Positions 26,645 through 37,312 of a stretch of DNA of 64,000 nucleotides are shown piece after piece. The stretch is taken from NCBI RefSeq assembly GCF_006345805.1, contig NC_043007.1, forward strand, positions 56,916,001 through 56,980,000, given 5' to 3'. A program made the position numbers and the translations under genes. This stretch comes from Octopus sinensis. Taxonomy: Eukaryota. Each line of letters opens with the position of its first letter. Positions within the stretch are counted from its first letter, which is position 1. The notes under the pieces are model-generated. The model was not told the DNA's origin and made no database searches. It saw only the letters and a program-made list of their open reading frames with translations.

Positions 26645-27850
26645 CCAAAGGCAATGAGCTAGCAGAATTGTTAGCATGCCAGGCAAAAATACCTAGTGGT
26701 ATTTCATCCATCTTTACATTCTGAGTTCAAATTCTGCTGAGGTTGACCTTGCCTTTAATCCTTTCGGGGTTCATAAAATACCAGTCAAGTACTAGGGGTC
26801 AATGTAATCAACTATCCCCTTCCACCAAATTTCAGGCCTTGTGCCTATAGCAGAAAGGCTTATTATTATTATTATTTATTAATTAATTAATTAGATAGCA
26901 AGCTGATAGAATCATTACCACGCTGGGCAAAATGTATAGTGGCATTTCATCTGACTTTACATTCTGAGTTCAAATTCCATCAAAATCTACTTTGCCTTTC
27001 ATCCTTTCAGGGTCAATAAAATAAATACCAGTTGAGCACTGGGGTCGATGCAATCAACTTACCCACTCCCACAAAATTTTAATACATGATTATTATTTTC
27101 ACTCTCATTAAGGCAGTAAGTTGGCAGAATTGTTAGCATGGTGGGCAAAATGCTTAGCAGCATTTCGTCTTCGTATTCTGAGTTCAAATTCCACTGAGGT
27201 CAGTTTTGCCTTTCATCCATACAGAATCAATAAAATAAGCACCAGTTATGCACTGGGGGTTATTATAATTGACTATCCCCTTCCCCATAATTTCAGGCCT
27301 AGTGCTTTTAGCAGAAATGATTACTATTATTATTATTAAGGCATTGTGCTGGAAGAATTGTTATCACACTAAACAAAATTCTTATTGGCATTACATCCAT
27401 TTTTATGTTCTGAGTTCAAATCCTGCTGAGGTTGACTTTGCTTTCATCCTAAAGGATTAAATACCAGTGAAACACTGGGATCGATATAAACAGCTAGTCT
27501 CCCCCTAAAAATTTGTGCTTTTAGTAGAAAGGATTATCATCATCATCATCAAGGCAGTAAGTTGGCAGAGTTCTAAGTACATCTGAAAAAATACTTTGCA
27601 GCATTTGTTCTGGCTCTTCATATTCTTAGTTCAAATCCCACTGAGGTTAACCTTGCCTTTCATCCTTCTAGGGTTCATAAAATAAATACAAGTTAAGCAC
27701 TGGGGTCAAAGTAATCAATTTAACCCCCTCCCATAAAATTGTTGGTCTTGAGCCAAAACTTAAACCATTATTATTATCATTATATAACCTATATATAACT
27801 GAGTGGCAGAAATGGTTATATGCCAGGCATGTAGTATTCAAATGCATCAA
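26645..27850 (+). mobile_element. Head-to-tail array of ~6 tRNA-derived SINE monomers
   Basis: The gctggcagaattgttagcatg head recurs at about 26655, 26900, 27120, 27345, 27560 and 27800, separated by (TAT)n/(CAT)n tails. Confidence 0.8.
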
Positions 27851-29066
27851 TAGTTTTCTTTACAGCTTAATTTTTTCCAACCACTAATCACTCAAATATG
27901 GACTGAAGCCTAGAGCCTGGGTTTATTTGTTACATTTTCTCTTTTTTTTTTTTATATGCAAGCATAAGGAGTAGGCAAAGTTACATATGCTTGCACAGAG
28001 ACATGCCCTCAAAATCTTTAGCAGTAAGATTTAGATAAAACCAGAAACTAAATTGGCAGATTAAATAGTAGTAGTAGTAGTAGTAGTGCCATGAAAAATG
28101 CACTTGTGCCAGTGCCACTGAGATGCACCTATGCTGGTAGCATGTAAAAGGCACCCAGCACACTGTAAAGTGGTTAGCATTAGCAAGGGCATCCAGCCAT
28201 CGAAACCATGCCAAAACAGACAATCGGAGCCTGGACAGCTCTCTGGCTGGCCAGAGAGTAGATGTTTAACAATGATGAGGATGACGACAAAAGATCCTGC
28301 AGCCAAAACCTTTGTAGGTGCTCTAAAACTAATAAAATTCATAAGGTTAATGTTTAATTTGAATATCTATAAGGTGAAGTCTGTAGGAAAGGGATGAGTA
28401 GGATTGATATTTTGAAGATTAAAAAGTGGGACTCATGAAAAGAAAGAAAGAAAAAGTGTTTAAGAACATTTCCAGATGATGCCATTAAGTTATACAAAAA
28501 ATTGGAATACTGCCGGTTGAAATTTATTTAAAGTTTTCAAAAGAGACATATATAGCAAGATGCAAAGATAACATGCAAATATGTTTATAGATCTTGAGCA
28601 CTAAATATTAATTGTAAATGTTCCAAATCATTTTGTTGTGAACTGAAGCAAAGTAATACAGGTTCTTCTAGAAGTACTCCCTGTAATAGTAGTGGTGGTG
28701 GTAGTAAGATTTAACCCAGAAGAAGAGAATCATCTCTAACACACCAGACAAAAGATAAGCATCATCACTTTATGACCAAACTTGTGTAAGAGTACTACTG
28801 AGTTGGTGTTTTTTAATTTTACTTCTCAAAAGTTGCAGTAGAAGAGAGAGACAGAGAAGAGGCAAAGAAAGAGAAAGAGGGAGAGAGAGTGCATGTGTGT
28901 GTGTGTGTGTAGGAGGAGGAGTGAGACATGAGGAGAAAGAGACCATTAAGTAAATACACTTATAAACTTGGCAAACATACATCAAGTGAAGGAGAGTGAA
29001 AGAGAGACAGAGATTAGATAATAAAGCTGACAGCATTAGAAAACATATATATATATATATATATAT

Positions 29067-29687
29067 CAAACTAAAATCATTGAACAAGCAAATACAAAGT
29101 CAACCGCATGTTATTTCATAATTCGAACATTTAATTATAGAATAAACATATAACCTGCAAGATGGAACAAAATTCATATATACAGCACATAATAATAATA
29201 ATATGGTATGGTGTGAGAAAAATTCTTATCATTAAAACTTAGAATTAATATTCTAGCGATTCAAAGAGAATACAATTATAAAAGGACTTAGAAAGCAAAA
29301 TATAATATAAGTAATATATAAAAATATATAGGTATATAAAAATATAGGCATATAAAAATATATAAAATATATATAAATATATATACATATAGGAGCATAT
29401 AAAAATATAATATATATATATATATCGTGTAAATAAAGTAAAATAAGGTTCATCGTTTAGAAATCTTAATCAGGTAAAATAAGCCTTATATATAAGAAGG
29501 AAATCATTTTTACTTATCCCTATGGCCATTTCAGGGGTGTATTATGTTTAAAGCACTAGGGTGCATTCAGATAATACCTCCTTCGTCAGGGGAAAAAAAT
29601 ATATATATATAAAAGCAAAGATAGCCATCACGCACCAGGCCCGTACGGTGTTGTTTTCTTTCCCACTTTGGTATTCATGCACGGATA
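29067..29687 (-). mobile_element. Distal 3' pseudo-LTR of Penelope-like element 1
   Basis: 29070-29320 is the reverse complement of 36655-36925. Contains the hammerhead motif and abuts (TA)n at 29045-29066. Confidence 0.75.
29517..29593 (-). ncRNA. Type I minimal hammerhead ribozyme motif
   Basis: Minus strand: stem I TCCC / GGGA, core CTGACGA, long stem II AGGAGGTATTAT...ATAATACACCCCT with inner GCAC/GTGC hairpin, GAAA, palindromic stem III ATGGCCAT, and predicted cleavage after A29521. Confidence 0.75.
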
Positions 29688-29924
29688 TGTTTTATTATTA
29701 CCCACAAGGGGCGAACATAGAGGGGACAATACAACCTGATGTGGGGTCAGATTCTCGGATGGAGTTACAAAAAAGATGAGATTAAAAATTCACAAAAATA
29801 CAAAAATATAAAATCGAATGAAGAACAGACCGGAAGACATTACGGATGGAGTGGGGGCGGGTTTAGCTCGGACCCCACGAGCCCCGCCTCACCACTGATA
29901 CTTTGGTTTCGTCTTGTTTTACAT

Positions 29925-32900
29925 TTATGTGGTGTCATCCATTCGCAACTTTCGTGCTACATCCTTCCATCGTTCTTCATACACTCTCTTAGTCAGGCAT
30001 TTTCTCTCCAGCCCTATCTTCCTTTTCAGGTGAAAGATGAAGTAATTCATCAAACCAGGGCCGGATATGAACTTGCCTGACCGTAAACCTTTCATTCTCG
30101 TCTTCCATATCACCTCTTTCACAATTGCTACCACAACGAGAAAACAATTCTTACCTTCTTTCACGAGGAAATCTGGTGGGTCAATTTTTGTAATAGACTC
30201 AGTCGACAGCTGTACTCTTCGTGTGCTTGACAACAGCTGTTCGGCATAAACCCACACCTCAGACATGACCGAGCAATGAACAATAGCGTGCGGGACGGTT
30301 TCCCTATCCCGCCCGCATCTTGGACATATCGGACTGTCTTGGCCACCGTGCCTTGCGAGTTTATCCCGAACAGGTAGAGCTCCTCTGTAGCATTGCCATG
30401 CCAGAGACTTCTGGAAGTTGTCCAGTGTCTTCGGCTCGAACGTACGTCGGAACAGACTGGCCAGCTGATTATCGTCGAGACCCTGGGTTTCCCCCAAGGT
30501 ATCTTCACATTCCGCCTCTACCAACCCTCTATAGAAGAATGTGGTGGAACCCCCACCGCAGGCGTTGCCCGAGCGACGGAATAGCAGGAGAGCCTTGCGA
30601 CACTCCGTGTACCATGTGCCTAGTTTTGATCTACGATTCAGCCAGGTTTCCCATCCACCGAAACTAGTGAACTTGGGAAACATCAGTTTTGCTAGCGGAG
30701 ACCACACCCGTTCACCATCCAGGTAGAGCCACAGATGTCTTAACCTCAGCGCATGTCTGCGCATCATCAGCCAAGGCATCCCTAGCCCACCCTTTAACGG
30801 TTGTTGACAGCAAGTAGAGCGTTTCACAAGTGGTTTCCCGCCCTTCCACAAGAAGTAGAAGAGCTGTCTTTCCAACTTGATCAACCACAAATCAGGGCAA
30901 GGAACGACGGAAAGGCGGTAGGTGATAACCGATGCGATAAACACATTGGCTACCTCCGCCTTCCCTTTCAGGGATAGCCACCGCCAAGACCAGGTCTTGG
31001 TTACTGCAGCCACCCTGCTCGATACCTCGCCCCAATTCTTCTCTATTTGGAGGTCTGGACCGAACCAAACCCCTAGCAACTTAATCGGACCCTCCGTCCA
31101 ACGTCCCACGACGCTGTCAGGAGGCATCAACTTGCCTCTCCAGGTGCCGAGTTGCAAGCCGACTGACTTTTCGCGATTAACTTTTGCTCCTGTCACCGTC
31201 TCGTAAACCTCTATGGCCTTGCCTACTTTACGTAGGTGATCCATTTCGGTTACGATGATGGTGATGTCATCCGCGTACGCTGACACCGATTTTCCACTAC
31301 CTGGCTGTCTCGGGATGCCGCTCAGTTTTCGCAGTAATGGCTCAAGAGCCATCACGTACAAAAGCGGGGAGAGCGGACACCCTTGACGAACCGAGCGCTT
31401 GATGTTGAACGGCTTCGACAAGAAGCCGTTCACCCGAACTACCGAGTCGATGTTGTCGTAAATTTGGATAATCCACCTGAGGAAGCCAAGGCCCAGCCCG
31501 AACTGTGCCAGGGCAGATACCAGGTAGCGATGGTCGACCCTATCGAACGCTTTAGATTGGTCTAAATGGACCAGTGCCCCACCCTTGCCAGAATCACTAT
31601 TAAACCCCTCTATAGTGTACCGCATAAGATGGAGATTATCCTGAATGGTTCTGCCGGGAACGGCACATGTCTGTGCCTCCCCGATCAGACCATCCGCGAC
31701 ACGCGCCAATCTTTTCGATAACACTTTGGCCAAAATCTTCAACTCTGTGTTTAGCAGAGTGATGGGCGTAAAATTATCAATGCACTCCCCCTTGCTCGGG
31801 TCCTTTCTGACGAGTGTCACTACTCCCCGGCGCACAGATCTGGGTATGAACCCGTTCTGCTGCCAGTTCGCATAGACCTCCACCAGTAGGTGCCCGAACA
31901 AGTCTGGCATACTCTTATATAACTCGTAGGGTAGACCATCTCAACCCGGCGCTTTGCCCGCGCCGCAGTCCGCCATCGCTTCAACCACCTCCCCAGGCGT
32001 GATTGGCCCTTCACAGCCCTCCGCATCTCGCCCCGATAAGCACAGAAGACCGTCGAGGAGGTCCGTAAAGGTCCTCCTCCTGTCCAGTCCGCCGCACTCA
32101 CCGAAAAGCTGAGCGAAGTGCTCCTGAAAGGCCTCACACATCTCCTTGGGCTCGTTTATCAACTCACTTTGTTGGTTCGTCATAGATCGAATCGTGGCGT
32201 CGTTACCACGCTGAGCTTCCACCACTCGGGCCCATCTCACAACGTTGATTCCTTCACAACCCATTGCGCGGATCCTAGCCCTGACTATGCAGCCCATGTG
32301 TTTGACCTCGAGGTGCTGGTTTAACGCCAGTCTCTTGGCCGCCACCTGAACCGCAGAGCCAGTTTTCAAGGCTTCCTCTAATTCCTTAACTAGAGTAGAT
32401 TCCCTCCTAGCCTCTCTAGCCACTAATCCTATGCTATATCTAATTGACTCGAATTTGATGGCTCGCTTGAGGGCATACCACCATTTGTTATTAATGATGG
32501 CACCAGACAGCGCCCTCTGAATTATAGTCCTAATCCGGTCTCTGTACTCCTTAATCGCCAAAAGGGACGTATTAAGTTTCCAGTAACCGGAGCCTCTATT
32601 TTTAACCTTATCTATGTCAAGCTTACAGGTGACCATTTTATGATCACTGTAGCTGACCATGTAAAACTGTGGACACTTAGCTATTTTTCTGTCTACTTTT
32701 CTAATTAGTATCCTATCTATGTATTACCTGGAAGATCCGTCGCTGTTTGACCATGTCCACAATGGAGCGTTTGGAAATTCCAACCTATAAGGATCTGCTA
32801 GCTCAAAGCGGCTTAGCAGATCCATGAAGCCACTGTTACCTTTTCTATCTGAACGCGAGCCAACACAATCTACATCCGCTTTGCAAATTGTGTTAAAGTC

Positions 32901-33320
32901 TCCTAGCACAACTAATGAATGTGAAGTACCAAGAAAGTTTTCTAGTTCACAAAAATAATCACTTTGCCCCTTTTGGTTGGGTGCGTAAATTGCAACCAGT
33001 CTGATAACTTTACCGTTACTGAACGTCAAATCCATGACGACCAGCCTACCTTCTGGGTCTGAAAAAATTAACTTTTTCTCAAAAACCCGCTTTCTTTTTA
33101 ATAGGACCAACACCCCACCCCCGCCTGTAGGACTGGCCAGAGAGAAAAAACTCTCGTAGCCGTCAAACAGCGGGAGTAGACCTCTTGGCCCCTTTAACCG
33201 GGTTTCTGTAGCAACAATAACATCCAAATTACGTGACCTGATATCATTAAGGAAGCGACCTTGCTTCCCGCTTGATCCCAGGCCGCGCACATTTAAACAG
33301 CCAACATAAATGCAATCCAT
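29925..33320 (-). pseudogene. Tx1 ORF2 (APE + RT + C-terminal zinc-binding region), 1131 codons with two in-frame stops
   Basis: ORF pieces 32724-33320, 31941-32660 and 29925-31910 are in the same frame (gaps of 63 and 30 nt). Motifs: LNVRGL, GDFN, LDQSKAFDRVDH, QGCPLSP, YADD, CPRC..ETVPHAIVHC. Confidence 0.9.
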
Positions 33321-33380
33321 AGCTTACCTTATATCAGTGGTTCGACTTGTTTGACTTGTTTTTCGTCGTCTTTTTCGCTT

Positions 33381-34656
33381 TTATTTTTTCTCCTTGGCTC
33401 GTGGGGGAGTCCGACGCAGACCCTCGTATAAATATGGAGATATGTCCAATCTCAGAGGGCCCACGTCGTGAAAGAATTCGGATTTTATCCGTCCGTAATC
33501 CTTCCGGCCTATCTTATAAACAATACAGTCTTTTGTTTTTTTCATTTTTTCCACTTTGGCCATGGCTGCCAAAACATTAACTAGCCTGTTGTTGGTAGCC
33601 TTAATGGCCATAAATGTATTAGTCGCTTCTTTCCTCTTTTTTTGGTTCTCCTTCTGAGGGGTGGTTTCTGTTTTCCGGTTTTTTTTGGTAATTTTTGACC
33701 ACCCCTCCTCTTTTTCCTTTTCTTCGCCACTTGTTGCTTCTGCTACCTCTTTGGTTTCTGTAGTTTCTGGTGTTTTCTCTTCTGTTTTCTCTTTTTCCGG
33801 CGGTGCTGCTTCCTGCGGTTTAGGTTGGCACTCCGCTCTTACGTGCCCCTTTTTACCGCAGCCGAAGCACCTCGGCTTTCTGCCCTCCACAAACACTAGC
33901 ACCCTCTCCTCCTCACTGAGCCTCAATATCTCCGGTATTTCTTCTAATGTTTGGACCTCCGCCTGAATCGCCATTGTGATACATTGGCCTTGCCAAAACC
34001 CCTCCTCCTCTACTGTAGCCTGGAGGATAGTGATCTTGTCCTCCAGGCTCAACATCACTGCCGCCACCAGGCACGTGGCGTCCGCCTCTGGCGGAATATT
34101 TTTCATTAATATTTTTGAGGTCCTTCTGCCTCTGTACAGGGGAAGAAGGACTATATTCTCCGCTTTTTGAGGTTCGGTCGATAGCTTCTTGGCTATCTCC
34201 TCAGTCCTAAACCTCACCTCAACTGTTCCAAACTTTCTGCCACGGTTTATATACGTAATGTCTTTCCTTATTGTCTTCAGACAATCCTCTATTTTTTTTT
34301 CCTCCACTCTTTGAATGCTTTTCATCGTTGTATTGTATGTCTTGTAGATAATCCTTTTTTTTTCTACTTCTTCTTTCTTCCTGACGTCTGATTCCACTGC
34401 TATTTCATTTCCTTCCTTTTTCAAAAGTGCTTCATACTTTTCTAAGTTGCTCTTATCTGTGTTGATTTTCTTTTGTTTTTTTTCCTGCAACTTCTGCGAA
34501 CTTCTTCGCTGGGGCCTCTTCTTTTTCTGGCGTCACCGTCGGTGAACTTTCTTCACCTGATACAGGTGAGTATGAGATAGGAGTCTCCATCTCTAGATGT
34601 GGCTTTACAAGCCTTTTCAATTGGCTTTGACAAGCCTTCAAAAATTTTGGCTTCAC
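33381..34656 (-). CDS. Tx1 ORF1 (zinc-knuckle RNA-binding protein), probable 1-nt frameshift in an A8 run
   Basis: 369-aa ORF 33381-34490 contains CFGCGKKGHVRAEC. The upstream ORF 34453-34656 joins it if one A of the run at 34476-34483 is removed. Confidence 0.8.
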
Positions 34657-35213
34657 AGGCCTTTTGTGTATGTTTTAAACTGTTTCACAACAATTGTTTC
34701 AAAACAATTCCCCCGCAGGGGGGAATTAAATACATAGCGAAGGCTACTGACAGTTTTTACCCAAAATACACAATATGTAAAACAAAGCAACAATAGTTAA
34801 ATTCACAAACCGGTAATAAACAGCAAAATGACAAACACAGACTGGGTATTCATGCAGGGATAGCCCAAAAGACGAAGCAGTGAAGAATTTTTTCTTTTAA
34901 ATCAGTAGAGGAAGCGGGGTAAAAAAAAAAAAAAAAAATTTCAAATCAAAATTAATTCCAATTAATTAAAATTGAACTAAATTGACTTAAAAAGAGCCTC
35001 CGTGGTTTCAAATCCTGCAAAACTTAAATACTTTTATTTTTCAATTTATTTACTTTCTATATACTCAAAAAGAATGGGTTTACTTAACTAAATTAAACTG
35101 AATTAATTGGGTTAAAATTAAATTAAATTAAATTGAGCCTTCGAGGTTTCAAATCCTGCAATATCTAAATCAGTTATTTTTATTTTTTTACAACTTATCT
35201 TTTCGTAAATCCA

Positions 35214-36655
35214 TTACTTACTACAATTTATTTTATTCCTGTAGATTTTCAGGAATGTAGAAGAAAATTTATGTACGCAAAAGGGGATCACGTCCGTAAA
35301 TTTATTCAGAATGTGCGGTCCATAACACCTAAGGATGGTAAGTGATTCCCTTATGCATAGCCTACACTTGCTGATATTTCTCTTGAAGTTTGGGATTTTA
35401 GAAATGATGGACCATTCTAGGAAATAATTCTTATTGTTCTTTCTCAGGTTGTGTATATGCGATGCAAGTGTAGTTGAGTTAAAGTATTTTTCATTAGTAA
35501 AAGAGCTCATGTGTGACCTATATCGCGCCTTAAAATCCATCGTACTACCTATATAAAATTTGTTTAGATAATCTACATCCCTAACTACACATTTATATAT
35601 TACGTTGGTGACCAGACATGAACCACCCAAAGGACATAATTTGGGTTTCCTACAGTTACATGTCTTTTCGGGGCCTTTCCTAATTTTTTTCCTATTATTA
35701 TCTTTACTTATTTTATCTCCAGTTCCAGACGGGTTTCGCTCATTCCTTCCCTCTAAACTACCCTTATTATATGGGTTCGATGAGTCCGGTAAAGGTAGAC
35801 CATTTATAGCTTTGGTACTCAGCTTTACAGGATTATCAACCACATTTCCTTGGTCATCCTCAAAGGAACTTTTTCTGTCGTTCCACCTAGTAAGCTTGCT
35901 TCTATTGATTGAAGCAATGATGGAAGCAAAGTTAGGCATTACAGAATAGGAGAATTTTATTGTCGACTTATTGCAGATGCTATAATATTTGTGGTCCTTT
36001 GGGAAGTTCTCCTTCAGAATCTTAAAAAATTGTTTTGGTAAATTCCTTACTCTAAGGGAGAAAGGGGGAGCAAACCAAATAACTTCCCTTATTCTAGGCC
36101 GTGAGCTTCCTGTTTTGTTTAACTTCTTATCAGGATTTTTAATTTCCTTATACCTACCCTTACTGCTGTTATCCCTAAACATATTATTATTCCTAAACAT
36201 ATTATTATTATTTAAAGGCCTTTTATTATTCCTAGACGTATTATTATTATTATAATTATTATTCAAAAACCTATTATTATTACAGTATTTATTATTGTAT
36301 TTATCTGTAGTAATTGCAACTTGATCAATTGGCAAACCAGCCATCCTGTTTTTTAGTCTAGTATTAAGGATATAGAATATTTTAGACTTGAAACCACTTA
36401 AACTTAGGGCATTATTATACACTGGTGCATGTTGCTCAAAAATCTCTTCGTTCGCAGATAAATTGGATATTCTAGTTGAAATCGCAGTTATGATACTATC
36501 TATTGTGGATTTCGGATGATTGGATGACACATTGATATATGCTATCGATTTATTAGTCTTACGAAAGGGATAGTATAGACCGGTATTAAGACACAAGGTA
36601 ACGTCCAAGAAGTTTACTACCCTAGAGTTACTGTCGTAGATGATATCAAGATTTA
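35214..36655 (-). mobile_element. Penelope-like element 1 ORF: RT C-terminus/thumb + GIY-YIG endonuclease (Nematis-like, tentative), 5'-truncated
   Basis: VNFLDVT, SSNHP, CNCR..CPLGGSCL, VIYK...FYIGST..FKARYRSH, CRLCIRE..ILNK. The 464-aa ORF is open. Confidence 0.88.
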
Positions 36656-36925
36656 AAAAAATATATATTTTTATATATTACTTATATTATATTTTGCTTT
36701 CTAAGTCCTTTTATAATTGTATTCTCTTTGAATCACTAGAATATTAATTCTAAGTTTTAATGATAAGAATTTTTCTCGCACCATACCATATTATTATTAT
36801 TATGTGCTGTATATATGATTTTGTTCCATCTTGCGGGTTATATGTTTATTCTATAATTAAATGTTCGAATTATGAAATGACATGCGGTTGACTTTGTATT
36901 TGCTTGTTCAATGATTTTAGTGTTG
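36655..36925 (+). repeat. Inverted 5' copy of the PLE1 pseudo-LTR
   Basis: Near-identical to the reverse complement of 29070-29320 and begins where the RT ORF is truncated. Confidence 0.85.
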
Positions 36926-37011
36926 ATATTTTTTCTCTTTCCAATAGAGCACTTCTATTGCAGTCCTATTAAACCTTTTTTTGTTCCTGACAAGAAACAA
37001 TTATTGTATCG

Positions 37012-37014
37012 ATA

Positions 37015-37057
<43 letters not shown>

Positions 37058-37173
37058 TATATATACATATATATACATAGATAGATACATATATGCATAT
37101 ATATATATGCATAATATATATATATAGATATATATATTATATATACATATACATACATACATACATACATATA

Positions 37174-37211
<38 letters not shown>

Positions 37212-37279
37212 GATACATACATACATATATATATATATTATATACATAGATACATACATACATATATATATATATACAT

Positions 37280-37310
<31 letters not shown>

Positions 37311-37312
37311 AT
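37012..37312. repeat. Compound (TA)n/(TACA)n microsatellite
   Basis: Direct reading. Shares the catagatacatacatac units with 41895-42480. Confidence 0.95.

Larger units (their letters stand above)
29688..34844 (-). mobile_element. Full-length Tx1/L1-clade non-LTR retrotransposon with 18-bp TSD
   Basis: ORF1 with CCHC knuckle and ORF2 with APE-RT-zinc finger. Flanked by ggtattcatgcacggata (29670-29687) and ggtattcatgcagggata (34845-34862). Confidence 0.9.

Noticed and set aside
29600-29670. GGGCCTGGT and GAATACC matches to 5S rRNA next to the Tx1 insertion
   Set aside because: The matches are short and in the wrong order, so I treat them as chance.
31941-31943. In-frame TGA in Tx1 ORF2 as possible selenocysteine or read-through
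   Set aside because: A second stop is TAA, and I saw no SECIS-like element. Simple nonsense mutation is more parsimonious.
30067-32324. Numerous plus-strand ORFs of 60-115 aa
   Set aside because: They are antisense to the GC-richer Tx1 ORF2 and have no independent coding signal.
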